Part shown: one piece after another, positions 1 to 13,300 of the stretch | Position numbering within the stretch: the stretch's first letter is position 1 | How the letters are laid out: each line of letters begins with the position of its first letter | Assembly (NCBI GenBank): GCA_043228905.1 | Contig: JBHGNT010000013.1 | Coordinates: forward strand, 992,001 to 1,056,000 | Direction: 5' to 3' | Source of the DNA: Azolla caroliniana | Taxonomy: Eukaryota; Plantae; Polypodiophyta | DNA length: 64,000 bases | Program-made: the position numbers and the translations under genes | Notes under the pieces: model-generated | Told to the model about the DNA's origin: nothing | Seen by the model: the letters and a program-made list of their open reading frames with translations, nothing else | The model's database searches: none

Positions 1-792
1 GCGAGTCCAGATTGGCTTTCATAGGAACCAAAGCTAGGGCACTCGACTCTGCATCATTGCCCATTGAGATGGAGTGCATTGTGACTGGGGCATGAGCATC
101 CGAGTGCATTGGTCCGAGTTGAATGATGGAGTGCTTGACAGAAAACGATTCGGGCCATTCTGACACGACATTGGAAGCCGCTCCAACCTCCATGTGAGTT
201 TGCGGTTGAAAAGTAAGTGACTGGTTGTGCCAATCTATAACAGAGTTATTCACTTTCAACCAAGACAACCCAAGTATGATTGGATGCCGTGGTGAAGTGA
301 TGAGGTAAAATGATAAGGCCTCTTGATGGGTCTCCAGCTGCAAAATGAGGGGGACCGTGGTTTTGGTGACTGCGCCAAAGGAGAGCATTCGCCCATCAAT
401 AGCTTTGACTGAGATAGGCTTGGACAACCGGACAACAAGAAAGTTGTGTTTATGAATGAATGTTTCGTCCATAAAACACGTTGTGGCCCTAGAATCGAGT
501 AGCACTAAAGATTAAATTGAAATAGACCAGAAACAGAGAGTTACCTCGAAGGAAAAGTCGTTAGTAGAACTTTGGGAGCAACATGTATGTCTGTTGTCCA
601 ACTGCATGGCTCCTACTGTAGTTGGACATCGTCGTTTTCCAAATGTTGGGATCCACTAGTTGGATATTCCCGATAGACTTGTCATAGATTGCTTTTGAGT
701 GGGCAAAAACGAATTAGATGGGTAGAGGCGCCGCAGTATAGACATAGCCCATTGGTTCGTCGATGGTGTCATTCGGCTATGGTGAGTGGGGC

Positions 793-1755
793 TCAAGCTC
801 GATCAATTTCCATCAGCATAGGATCATTGAACGATGTTGATGGAGAAGATATCGCAGTCACTTGGGGTTGTACCATAGGTTTAACGTGGAGAAACAGCGA
901 CAACTTGGAAGTCGCCTGTTCCTCTTGTCGAAGTTCAAAAAGGTGGTTGTCACAAATGACTGCTTGCTTGATGGATTGCGATAATGAAGTTGACTCCGAG
1001 AAGTTTAGTAGTAGATTCTTAACATCACTTTGAAGGCCCCGAAAAAAATTGTCGCAAAGGGCTTGGTCATCCCATTGAACATCACATGCCAATTGTCTAA
1101 ATTCAGATGCATAAACAGACACTGGACGCTTACCTTGATGTAATGAATAGATTTTGGTTAGGCTTGTTTGACGCCGATCTGTATCCCCAAATGTCGCCTT
1201 GAACGCTTCTAGGAAACCAGGAAAATTGTCAAGAAGTGGCAATGATGTTTCAACCAAAGGTGCAAACCAGCTTTGTGCAACTCTCGAGAGGAGAGTCCCA
1301 ATGAGGCCAACTTGGCAAAAATCATTCGCATATCTTTGGGGTTGTAGCTGGATAATAAGCTTGATTTGATTTATGAACCCCCGGAATCGTGCCCTTGTGC
1401 CATCGAACTTGTCAGGTAAACTAACATTGGGTTCTATAGTTGAAGTGGGGTGAAGAGGAATTGGAGCAAGGATTGACGAGGGGCCAAGCTCTACAGATTG
1501 GAGATTCCTTGATGTAGGAGGGCACTTGGGTTCTTCATTCTCCAATTTCATTGGAGTCCTAGCTTGGAGTTTCTGGAGAGATTCCCGACGATTCTCATTT
1601 TCAAGTTGAAGTTGATGCATGGTTGCCAATAGTTGATTTATGTTCTCGGTAGAATCTGACATGATGAGGCTTTGGAGATGGAAGGTGAACAAACTGTCAC
1701 GAACAAGTAGATGAGGCTCAATACTAAGAGAGAGAGAGAGAGAGATCATAGACAA
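793..1755 (-). pseudogene. Gypsy gag (capsid). True start is probably ATG ~1662; a premature stop precedes the zinc knuckle
   Basis: Retrotrans_gag motifs. The frame continues past the TGA at 793 into CX2CX4HX4C and ends ENDDVQLQ* at 613-615. Confidence 0.85.
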
Positions 1756-2085
1756 GATAATAAGAAAGAGAGAGAGAAAGTAGTCAAAAGAACAAGAACT
1801 GAATTATGATTCCGTAACTGGTGTTGTTCACCTTGACTAAGGCCAAGGTGAACCCAATATTTATATATGTTTATGGGCTCTAAATGTGGCCCCATGCAAA
1901 GACTCATTTTTATGCACAAGCTTCTAGAATGTTCTAGCTTTTGGAGCTTTCTTGAAGCTTCTAAAATCCTACATGTAGAATAGATAACTATAATAATCTA
2001 GTAAGGTAACATGATTATGTATTGGATGTATTGGTTAAAACATATCGATTACATACAATAGGTCAAGAGTTCGAATCATATAACA
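1695..2085 (-). repeat. 5' LTR of Gypsy element 1
   Basis: TG...CA termini on the minus strand, TATA at 1860-1867, (CT)n in U5. Motifs such as CTCTTGACC and AGAACATTCTAGAA are shared with the LTR at 52844. Confidence 0.8.
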
Positions 2086-5000
2086 ATATGTGGCAATGGT
2101 AGCTCCACGGTATTGAACATGAATCCGGAAGTGGACCGACAATCCGACGTATCACTGGCCCAGTCGGCATCCGTATATCCGACTAGCTTTTCGGTTATAC
2201 CGTGTCGGTATAATAGTGCCCGGTCCTTAGTGCCGCTAAAATACCTCAGTATTCGGTGCACGCACTAAAGGTGCTCCACGGTCGGCTTCTACATAAATTG
2301 ACTTATCATCCCGACTGGATAGTTGATGTCGGGTCGGGTGATGGTCAAATACATAAGGCTTCCGTCAATTTTTCGGAACCGTTGCTCGTTGCAAGCCGAT
2401 CCAGAGTCTGGACATAGCTTGAGGTTCCGGTCCAGGGGTGTGGAGACTGATCAGCAATCGGTTAGGCCAAACTTGTACAACATATTCAGGATATAGTATC
2501 GTTGTGACAACAATATGCCATCGGGGATATGGATCACTTTGATCCCAAGAAAATAATGAAGTTCCCTTAGGTTCTTCATTTCAAACGCGTCCGACAACTA
2601 GGACTTTACACGGCCGATTTCAGCAAAACCGGGTCCGGTGATTACTACATCATTTACATATAGTAAGATACATACAGAACCTTCTGGACCTTTCCAGATG
2701 AACAACGAAGAGTCGGACTTTGAGGCCACAAACCTCATCTTACGCAACCGGTGCGTGATTTTCGCAATCCAAGATCAGGGGCTTGGTTCAAGCCATAAAG
2801 CGACTTCTTGAGGCGGCACACTGCCGACCTACTCATCACCAACTGAAAACTAGGGGGCTGAGTCATGTAGACTTCTTCTTCAAGATCACCTTGAAGAAAT
2901 GCATTCTTCACATCCATCTAATGAAGATGCCACTCCCTTGCCGCAACAACCACTAGTACCACACAAACCGTCATCATCTTCATTACCGGAGCAAAGGTTT
3001 TGTCATAGTCGATTCCGCCGGTTGACTGAACCGTCAGCATTGTACTTTACCTTGTAAACCCATTTGCAACCAATTGGTCTACAATGTCAGGGAGGGTCAA
3101 CCAAGTCCCATGTGTTGTTGGCATCGAATGCTTGCATCTCTTCCTCCATCGCGGCACGCCAATGTGCGTCCTTTGACACTTCTATGTAGCTCTCCGGCTC
3201 ACGCACTTCCACCACTTTCTTCATGTACACATAGTGATGCGCCATGTACTCATTATACCCATACCGTTTGACGGGGTTCTTCTGGCGATTTGATCGGCAT
3301 AACTTCTCGTTAGCCAATTTCAAGGCCCTCTTGCCCGACTTGGACTTCATTTTGTTCAAAGTTCGATTCACTCCGATCCAACTCATCTCTATCGGTGTTG
3401 TATTCTGGCATCTTCTCCTTCCCATTCTCTTTGTGCGTGAACCATCTCCTCGATTCCTTGCATAGGGACAGCACGTCTGAATCTCCACTACTCGTTGGTT
3501 CTTCATCTGACTAGTCGTTCCAACTCAAACGCTCTTCATGCGGCCCGCTCAGCCGGAATGAGATCAGACTCTCATCTAGAGTACCGAGCTCTTCTTCCTC
3601 TTCTGTCCGGATTGTTTTGGACTCACTGGCCTCATCCTCCGGAATCAGGTCGGAGTCGGGAGTCGGAGTCGATAGAGAGTACCATGATACCAACTCATCA
3701 AATTTGACATCTCATCTCACTCGAACTTATTTTGTTCGGGGGTTATAGCGCTTATAACCCCATTTCTCATGTGAGTAGCCAACGAAGATATACTTCTCCA
3801 ACTTCGGGTACAACTTTCATCGCTTCTCATCCGGTACATGCATGTATAGGCTATGCTACCAAATACCCGGAGGTGTCTTAAATACGGCTTCAGCCCGAAA
3901 TACAGGTTGTGTGCTAACACCTTATCACGATCCAGTTTTGGATGTAGACGGGTCCATACTGCCTCGGCCCAGTAGAACTTGGGCATGCTCTTCTCTTCTA
4001 GCATTGCCCATGCCACCTCGATGATCGACCGGTTCTTCCTTTTGGCCACACCATTTTGTTCCAGTGTGTATTGGCAGTTGACTTCCCTCCGAATTCCTTT
4101 CTACTATAGATAACTATTGAATTGGTCGGAAAAGTAAATTTTCCACCATCTGACCGTAGGCACTTGATCTTTCTCTCCGTTTCCCGTTCAACAAGACTTT
4201 GCAGGTTTTAGAAACTTTCATTTCGATCAAGTAGATCCATGCGTGCCGGTTGTAGTCATCAATGTAGGAGACGAAATATTGGCTCCCGCCAAGACTAACA
4301 TTCTGTACCGGTCGGTGTTGCTTCCCGAGCTAGCATGCTTCACAAATTTGGGTCTTCCGGCCACTAAATTTCGGCAATCCGAAAACAACATGTTTCGATT
4401 GCAGGTCCTGAAGCCCTTGATAGTTGACGTGGCCGAACCATTTATGCCACATGTCAATATCCGACTCGACCTTCTGACCTTTTGCGGACAAAGCGGTCCC
4501 GACGTCATTGGTGTCAAGGATAAACATCCTCCCGTCCCGGCGCCCTTGTGCGATGATCTGGCTCTCTTCCTCAATGAAACACTCGAGGTGCGTAAACTGC
4601 ACGTGCATCCCCTGGTCGATGATCCGCCCGACCGACATCATATTCTTTGTGATTGTCAGAACGTGCAACACGTTCATGAGCTTCCCTCTCTGTCCGACAT
4701 GGCTGAGGAGAACTTCTCCGACATGCGCGATCGGGTGAGGAGGGTAGTCTCCGGTTCGACAACTCTCGGTTGCTCCGGTTTTTCCAGATACGAGAACCAC
4801 TCTTCGTGGCTTGTCATGTGATTAGACGATCTGGAGTCAATGTACCACACTTCCTCTGATCCGGAAGTGGTCTTCTTCATCAAGTTTGTCGTGTGCTTCA
4901 TTACAAAGTTTGGCCCTTTTTCGGTCTTACCAGTTCCGGATCCTTCTAATCCTTCGGCGTAGTGCGAGCTTTGTTGGTTCCCTTGTTTGGTCTTACCAGA

Positions 5001-6407
5001 TTCATATTTATCTAAATCGGCGAGCTTCTTCCAGCACTCGCTTTCCCGCTTCCCTTGTTCAGATCCTTCAGATCCTTTGGCGTAGTGCGAGCTTTGTCGG
5101 TTCCCTTGTCCTGTCTTACCAGATCCGGATTTATCTGAATCGGCGAGCTTCTTGCCACAATACCAACATTCTGTGTCAGCCTTCCCTTGCTGAGGAGGGT
5201 CCGGAACCGCTATCGGCACTATCTCCGTGCCTCCGATTCTGCTCTTGCCGTCCGTCGCTATTGCATGCCGACCCACCTCATCCTCCACGCCGACGGTGCC
5301 GATCCGTCTTCGTGTAGAGCATCCGCCTATTCGATTGAGTGGTCCTCGATCCACTCGCATGGTTCTCTTCAACCATCAGCATCGATTGCAGGTTGAAGAA
5401 GGACAATGGTTTCTCCTGGGTACAAATCGTTGTCCGAATTGGCCCGTATTGTTGTGCTAGACCATCGAGGCAGATCTGGACCATCTCGTCTTCGTCCACC
5501 GTCACGTTGATGGAACCAAGTGCGTCGTTGATCTCCTTTACCTTGGTGGTGTAGTCGGTAACCAATATGTCTCTTTGTTGGATGTTGTTGAGCTCTTGTT
5601 GGAGCCACAACTTCCAAAACATCGCTTGCTGCAAAAATCGTTTTCAGATTCTCCCAAGCGTCTTTCGGCATTTTTGCATCCCTGATGTAGCCGAGCATTT
5701 GGTCGTGCACACAGGACGCGAGGCAGTAGAATACTCCGCTTGCTCCTTGCTCCCATGTTGGGAAGTCCTTGTGTGTCGAATCCGGCGCTGCTACATTTGC
5801 TCCTTCCAGGTAGCTCCAATATTCGTGCCTGAGTAGGAACTGGTGAATTTTATACAACCAGGACGCATAATTGCTCCAGTCGAGCTTTTCTGTAGGAAGC
5901 GAGCTCGCCATACTTCTATCCATATCTTCCTTTTTTCTTCTGTTCTTTACCGGTGATTAGAGTTTGGTTGTTTCGAGCAGTTGTCGGCGACAAAGGTTCT
6001 CAACCCTTGCGCTCTAATACCATGTCAAAGTTAATATGTGGAAGCTTTGACGAACCGGTTCACCCAGATAGCAACAAAAAAAGCGCATGTTAAATTAATG
6101 GAAGCTTCACAAAACACGGACAAAGAGCAAGAGGGACAAAGAGAGCAGAACAATGAACTTAATTCAAAATGAAAACACTTTTTACATACAATGTGCTCAG
6201 TGAGCACTTTTATACAAGTCCTTAAAAGGACTGACAGAAGTATTGACATGTACTTCAATACTCATACGAGCGACTGACACTGACTCCAAGAAATATGTCT
6301 ACGTACTAGGCTAGGATCATAGACCTCTAACGGCCTACCGGTTATAATCCGATCCGGCTCTGGCTTATTCAGCCGATCCGAATCCGGTTGGGCTTGTCCG
6401 CTCAACA
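2086..6407 (-). mobile_element. Ty1/Copia LTR retrotransposon A (degenerate gag-PR-INT-RT-RH)
   Basis: gag EKLDWSNYASW (5369-5923), zinc knuckle CWYCGK, protease WYIDSRSSNHM, GAG-pre-integrase WHKWFGH, integrase, [20 protein letters not shown], RNase H YTDADWA. PBS TGGTATTAGAGC at 6022-6011; 5' LTR 6023-6407. Multiple stops and deletions. Confidence 0.93.
6023..6407 (-). repeat. 5' LTR of Copia A
   Basis: TGTTGAG...TTTGACA on the minus strand, immediately followed by a tRNA-iMet PBS. Shares blocks with the LTR at 23571-23985. Confidence 0.85.
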
Positions 6408-7652
6408 CATAGCAAGTGTACGTGATCGAAGAAGGAAAAGTTGAAAGAGAAGACACTATATCAACATGAACACACAAATGGGTAGCTCACTCTCTAATGA
6501 AAAACTAGACCGAAGCAATTTCTCATCTTGGGAGTACAAGATGAACCAATACCTAGTCGGCCAAGGATATTGGAGCTACATCAACGGTGCCCTCAAAAAC
6601 AAACCCGACATTACAAACGCCAACATGGGAGCAAGGTGCGAGTCGGGTAATGTATTGTTTAGCAACATGTTTCCACCATCACATGCTCTATCACATTCGA
6701 GATGCCAAGACGCCTAAAGAAGCGTTGGAGAACTTGAAGAAAATATTCTCCGCCAACACGACCACCCACAAGCTTCAACTCCGGCAAGAGTTGAACAACC
6801 TTCAACAAAAAGACATGTCTGTGTTGGACTACACATGCAAGATCAAGAGCATCTGCGATTCACTTAGCTCCATCAACATAAACATTGAAGAGGACGAGAT
6901 GGTGCAAGTGTGCTTGGGTGGCCTCGCACACCGGTTCGACCCAATAAGGACGGGAATCTTAGAGAGGGAGAACCCTCCTTCGTTCTTCAACCTTCAATCC
7001 ATGTTATTGCTCGAAGAGAATCATGTTAGAACAAAGAACAAGATGCCGGAAGGACAGATGTCCTTCTCGAACTCGGAAGGTGGTCGTGGACGTGGTCGAG
7101 GTAGAAGATGTCATTTTGGCCAAGGCAGAGGAGGACGAGTCGGCTGGAGTCACGAAAGTAACTCAACCCTTCGGTAAGAAAACGGAAATACTCGAGGAAC
7201 CTTTGGAAGAAGGGGGAGCCTTCATGCCGAACACAGTCAACAAATCAGGCCCATGACTTGCAACTACTGTGGTAAGATCGGCCACCATGAAGAGGAGTGC
7301 CGAAAGAAAAGAAGTGAGTCAGCTTCCACAACACAAGTCGAGAATTCACCAACTACACCTCTAACTCTAAGTTCGAAGAAAAGAATGGTAGACTCATGGC
7401 CAGAGGACGGAGAGAACCATGTATGCAAAAGGTCTCAAGGTTCTATCAGATATTGAGTTGTGGCACAAGAGAATTGGCCACATCAACCTCCAACGGCTCT
7501 GAGCTATGCAGTCAAAGGGAGTCGTTATCGGACTTCCAACCTTTGAGTCGAAACAAGTCGACTGAGTATGTGAAGCTTGTCAACTTGGCAAACAACATCA
7601 ACTCTCGGTACACTTGGATCTTCCCGATGAAGAAGAAGAGTGAAGTGCTCTC

Positions 7653-8237
7653 GGTTGAGAATCGACCGGCCACAACTAGTTATCACGTATGCGTATGCGG
7701 GTGCAAAAACAAGAATGCCAATGCACAGATAGCAGGAAACAGGAAGTAGAGCAAACACAAGAGACACTAGTATTTTTAACGTGGAAAATCCGAAAGGGAA
7801 AAACCACGGGGGTCCACAAACCCCAACAAATGAATCGTTAAGTGTAACAGAGAGGAGTACAATGAAACTCAGAGGCAACAACCTCGAGCTCGTCTTCGTC
7901 TGACAGACGACGGTAGAGTTACAACTCTGTCTGTTTGTCTCTCTCTCTCTCCCTCGTACTAGTTACAGAGGCAACTACTCACTGTAACTTGTAACAACTA
8001 TAATGATTACCACACACCTCATCTAACTACTTGCCCTAAGTGTAATTATACTCATATACATAGAAGACTCTTTACAAATATAGCCTCAATGGGCACATCT
8101 AGATTATTTACAAACATAGTCTCTCGAATCGATTATATAATCGATTTTCGATTTTCAGCCTCGGCCAAATTCCCTATAGACTCTCTACTCGATTTGGCTC
8201 GTACTCTTCCCATCGGGAGGGACCTATTTTCCCAACA
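7653..8237. mobile_element. Solo LTR (Copia-type, probably antisense) inserted in the Copia B integrase
   Basis: (T>G)GTTG...CAACA termini flanked by a perfect 5-bp TSD CTCTC (7648-7652 and 8238-8242). The integrase frame rejoins across it. Confidence 0.85.
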
Positions 8238-9945
8238 CTCTCCCACTTCCAAAAGCTCAAGAACAAAGTGGAAAAAGAAACGGGCCGACATATTCTGTGC
8301 CTACGATCAGATGGAGGAAAGGAGTACTTCTCCGATGAATTCATCTCCTATCTCCAAGGTGAAGGCATACAGAGAGAATTTTCATGCCGACACACACCCC
8401 AACAAAATGGTGTAGCCGCAAGAAAGAATCGGCACATACTCGAGGTAGCACGCGCCATGTTGCATGAGAAGCACATGCCAAAATACTATTGGGCCGAAGC
8501 GGCATCCACAACCATCTACATTATGAATCAATGCACAACTACTGGAGCACACAAACTAACTCCACATGAGGTGTATGCTGGAAAGAAGCCAACTTTGTCG
8601 CATCAACGAGTGTTCGGAAGTATTGCGTATGTCCACATCCCGAACGAGAAACAATAGAAGCTCGACCTGAAGTCGGAAAAATGCATTCTCGTGGGATATT
8701 CATCCAAACAAAAGGGATACAAGTGCTTCAACCCTTCTATCCATTTGGTTCAGGTAAGTTGGGATGTTATCTTTGACGAATTGGCATCATGGTATGAGCT
8801 CGATTCAACTCCTTTTGAACCGACCGAGGAAGAGTTGGATGTCAACATGGATGACGACATTCGACCATAGCTTGTACCAAGAGAAAGTCCAAGCTCAATA
8901 TTGATGAGCAAACCACGTGAGCCTTAAGCCACCAAAAGCATATCTCAACCAGGGGTTGGTTGAACAAGGGTAAAGGTAATATGCCCGAATATGACGTCGA
9001 CCGCTTGACGAAAGTGATACAGTCGAGTTGGCTCGTTCGCTAGACAGTGAGTTCGAAGTGCCCATTATGTGGACCTTCGGCGTAAAGAAGGCACTGGCAT
9101 CTACAACGAAAAACTCGGACGCTCGTCACGAGAGAAGAATAGGTTACTTGATTCGGTGACAATGAGTACATGACACACCACTATGCCTTCATGATGAATG
9201 TAACAACAGAACAAGAGCCTAAAAGCCTTTCAGAAGTGGCTCGTGACTCCCAATGGATTGAAGCCATGGACGAAGAAATGCAAGCACTGGTCGACAACAA
9301 GACTTGGGATCTTGTAGCACCTCCACCGCACAAGAAGGCAATCAGTTGTCGATGGATATACAATATCAAGCACAATGTTGATGGCTCCATCAACCAATAC
9401 AAAGCTTGGCTTTTCGCTAAGGGGTATGCTCAAACCCATGGCGTCAACTATAGTCGTGCCCCTGTATTCCACTTCAGTGCTGGACAACGCAACTGTCAGT
9501 TGCTTCTTGCTACTCCACGAGATGGCATCGACTACAACTTAGCCACCTACGAAGCCATTTGGCGGAAGCGGCTACTCAAGGACTTCAATGAATCGATCTC
9601 CAAACCGATACGTATCTACTGCGACAATCAGAGTAGCATACAACTAGCCTGAAATCCAGTGTTTCATGCCCAAACAAAACATATAGAGGTACACTACCAC
9701 TATGTTTGGGAGCGCATTATTGCCGAAGATATCGACCTTCACCACATCAGCACTAATCAACAAATGGTCGATATCTTCACCAAGGCCTTAGGAGCAGACA
9801 AGCTCCACTAGTTTTCGCTAGCACTCGGCCTTCGACCACTTCACACTCCAAGCCTTAGTTGACGGCTTGAGGGGGGAAGGAACCGGTGACAACATCAATA
9901 GTCGAATCGAACGCGGAACGCCTCGCACTTGAGCTTGAGGGGGCG

Positions 9946-10356
9946 TGTTGAGATATCAAGCTCAATTTTTGTCATATGTGTTAACTTAGTAGTTACATAC
10001 ATAGAATCTAGTTATTGTGTTGACTTCAAAGCCTTAAATAGGATTTTGTATTTAAGTGGAGATAAATTCTAGATCCTCCACTATCAAGTTCATTGAATAT
10101 AGGACTTACATCCTTGTACCTATATTCTCTTCACACATGTGCACCCTTGCACATGAGATGTATATATACCTCATTGTGGGTATCTTTGTTCTTTGATGTC
10201 TTTTTAATATAAGTGAGAGTTCCTTGAGCTACACTTGTGTTAATCATCCCCCATCTTGTCTTAGTGTTTCTAAGTGTACCTTCTCGCATACATCTACACA
10301 CACTCATATCACATAATCTTATGCTACTTAATCATGTACGTGTTCAACTACTCACA
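9946..10356 (+). repeat. 3' LTR of Copia B
   Basis: Begins TGTTGAGATATCAAGCTCAA right after the polypurine tract. TATA-like TATATATA at ~10161. The 3' boundary is uncertain. Confidence 0.65.
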
Positions 10357-13300
10357 TAATTAGACACTAATTAACCCTAAATTAATTACCTAATTGTTTA
10401 CATAGCCTAAACCTAGTGTGTCCAATGGGACAGTGTGAATACGTCCATTATTTTCCCGTATTCGACAAAGTGTGAATCAAGGAATGATAAGAAATGAGGA
10501 GTGATCCTCATTATATAGGCAAAATGATGGTTATTGGGACTCGTCATTGGGACTAGCTATTGGGCTAGCCATTGGGTGGTCTTTGGTGTCCCAACCCATG
10601 GTGGCACCTCCGTTGGGACTAGGAATGGACCCCTTGGTGGGTCCTAGTTTAGGTTGGGGTTTTGTCCCAAATAGGATAGAACAGGGAGAACACACACTTC
10701 TTGGGAGTCAAAACCCTTGCTTTTGTCCCCGAATCATAGTTCATGGGAGAGTCACATACTTAGACTCAAAACCTCGCTTCGGACAAATGTTTCACACGAG
10801 TTAGGTAACTCAACGCCTCTGTGGAAAGGAGCCTTACACAATTGTCTTGCTACAACCATTTCTCAATCTTATTGAGATTTGGCATGTGCCTAAACCACAA
10901 ACCAAAGAAAAAGAGAGGTGTTCAATTTTACACGATGAGATAAAGAGCAATACTAATGTCTTGAGATCAACAGTGCTATAAATAAAAGAAACTCCATTGC
11001 AAAATCTGAGGGTTAGTGTACATGCATAGATGGTAATGATGATATAGAGTGATGCACTTCTTCTGAATTACTCCCAACACAACTCACTAGTCTTACATCT
11101 CAAAAAAAGAACCAATCACAATTATGTACATTACAAGGAAATCCTCCATGGCATTTTCTAAAATCCCTCTTCCAAGGATTGCGCGGACAAATCAGTGCAG
11201 CGATTGGCTAAATCTAAGTGGATCATAGCATCAAGGCTACTCTGCCACTTACAATACCCAACCGCATATTCAAGTCGTATGCAAAGTATTTGTCTCTCCA
11301 ATCGTTTGGAATTACTATTCATAGCCCTCATGCTAGTACGTCCACTACCTCGAGGGAGACTCTCGACACATGCTCTCGAGGATGCACAAGTGCCCCTATT
11401 ATAAGTCGAGTAACAACCAAGGTGGTAGAGTGTGTCACTTATAAACATGGATTCTGACTTAGAGATGTTCGCTCATAATCCTACACATGGTCAGGTTGCC
11501 CTTCTCTTTTCCCATTCTCGTTGCATGTGAGGGCCAAATTTGGCTCCTGCCTTCTTCCAACATATCGGGTCTCATATTTTTTGAGGGCTCGACTTCATTG
11601 TCCTTCCCTACTCTCTTTTCTTCAACCGGAACTTCTGCCCCTTTATTGATCTCAATATAAAAGGCTTCTTCTTGGTGAGCTGGACCTATAGAGGTATAGT
11701 TGTCATATGAATAGATCATTTTTTGTTGTGAAGTTCGAAGTTGAGCGAGAGAAGGATGTATCTCAAGTATAGGAACAATGTGATAGGGAGGAATTAGGGT
11801 AAGAGCCCAAAGCTTTACCTAGGTCATCACCACATTCAATTTAACATGTTTAACTACTCAAGTTGAATCTAGCAATAATCATTGTTATCTAGAATGTGTA
11901 AGATGCCCTTTATTATTTGTCTCTGGTACTTCTTTGGAAATATTTTTTAGCATCCCATATCTGGTTCAAAACTAGGTTGTCGATCCATCCACATGCAAGG
12001 AGGGCCCTTTGTTTGAACAAGAAGAACGAATGCCTTTTATTCTAACTGTTATATGATCTAATTCGGCCTTCTTAAATTGATATTGAGCATATCCGATTTT
12101 GCCATTATAATCGACATTGAGAAATATCAAAGATAACAATAGATTTGACAATTGAGAGATTTATTCTGAGTCTTCATGTTAAGAACGTGCAATGTCACAT
12201 CTGATATAAAATGTTGTCACTATAACACGAAGCATCTTTTGTGATCTTTAGTTGGGGAAAGGTATACCCCATGTATTGCTTTCAGCCTAATAATAAATAT
12301 GACAGGTCAATCTTATGATATCTTAGTGATCCAAACATGTTGATGATTTGGATAAAGGAAATCAGAATTAGACCCACATTTGACGGTAACCAATTTATTA
12401 ATGTACGGTCATTTACACCCAATGGAAAGAAAAAGGGGTTTTGCACATGTAACTTTAGACATATGCAAAGCTACAATATTGATGATGTTGTAACCTTGGC
12501 AAAGACTAAGTCTGAGAGAAATTGGATGAACACTACACCCTCTTTAATGTGGGCCTACAATATTTTGATCCGTAATGACCTAACAATCTTCAGTATTTTA
12601 ATTATCATCCTAGCTCTTGACATGGAAAAAGGTAGTGAGCTTTTATTCAAGTTCAAACGATCTACTTTTGTGCATTAAAACTTGTAGATGGTCATAAGAA
12701 AGCTTAAACTTTTTTAAGTTTTGGACCACCATGTTTGTAGAGATGCCAATATGTACTGAAGAAGTAATGCTTGAAGGATTGGAGACCAAGATGAAAACCA
12801 ATGTCTAATAAGATTTACAAGATCCATAATCCTACCATTGATGCTAAGATACGTGCAACTCACTTTCACCTGGCAAGACAAGAGATCGAGCAAATCATCA
12901 ACAAAGAGTAATCAACACAACTACAAGTAACCAAGATTCCAAATTTCCATAACGAAACCGCATCAAATACAACAACTTTAAATCGTCAACCAACAAACGA
13001 AAATGAAGGTTTTTCTCATTCGACCAAGACCTTAAAATGGTCCGGTTCAAAACTCGTATGCCAAATGGAAAACAACTTTTAGTTAAGTATCTGTCCATAC
13101 ATATTGCGTGAAATGGCACGTCTTCTTCTTCTCGTAGCATACAGATTTCGACATCCATATTATTGGGCATTGGTCTCTTTCACGAATCAATTGCTTTCTA
13201 CTAATGTTAGTGATGATGAAGACATGTAATGGCATCGAGTGTTAACAAGCTAATGGTTGACCCATCGGGTCAAGGGCCAAATGCAATAAACAGTGACATA

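Larger units (their letters stand above)
1..2085 (-). mobile_element. Ty3/Gypsy chromovirus-type (Tf1/sushi/Tcn1-like) LTR retrotransposon, 5' part (5' LTR, gag, protease); runs off the left edge of the window
   Basis: ORF 793-1755 is a Retrotrans_gag of PEG10/sushi type (LPDKFDGTRARFRGF...YASEFRQLA). A zinc knuckle LCLYCGASTHLIRFCP lies at ~700-750 and a protease motif LLDSRAT at ~480-505. LTR is TGTTA...TGACA at 2085->1695. The element interrupts the RNase H of the adjacent Copia. Confidence 0.9.
6408..10356 (+). mobile_element. Ty1/Copia LTR retrotransposon B (degenerate). Its 5' LTR is displaced out of the window by Copia A
   Basis: gag EKLDRSNFSSW (6466-7177), CNYCGKIGH knuckle, integrase LRSDGGKEY/PQQNG (8268-8657), RT start and RNase H end (9170-9830), PPT GAGGGGGCG, 3' LTR starting TGTTGAG at 9946. 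LTR end is approximate. Confidence 0.9.

Noticed and set aside
793-1755. PEG10/RTL1-like domesticated gag gene
   Set aside because: Flanked by an LTR, PBS, frameshift site and protease, and has a premature stop; an ordinary retrotransposon gag.
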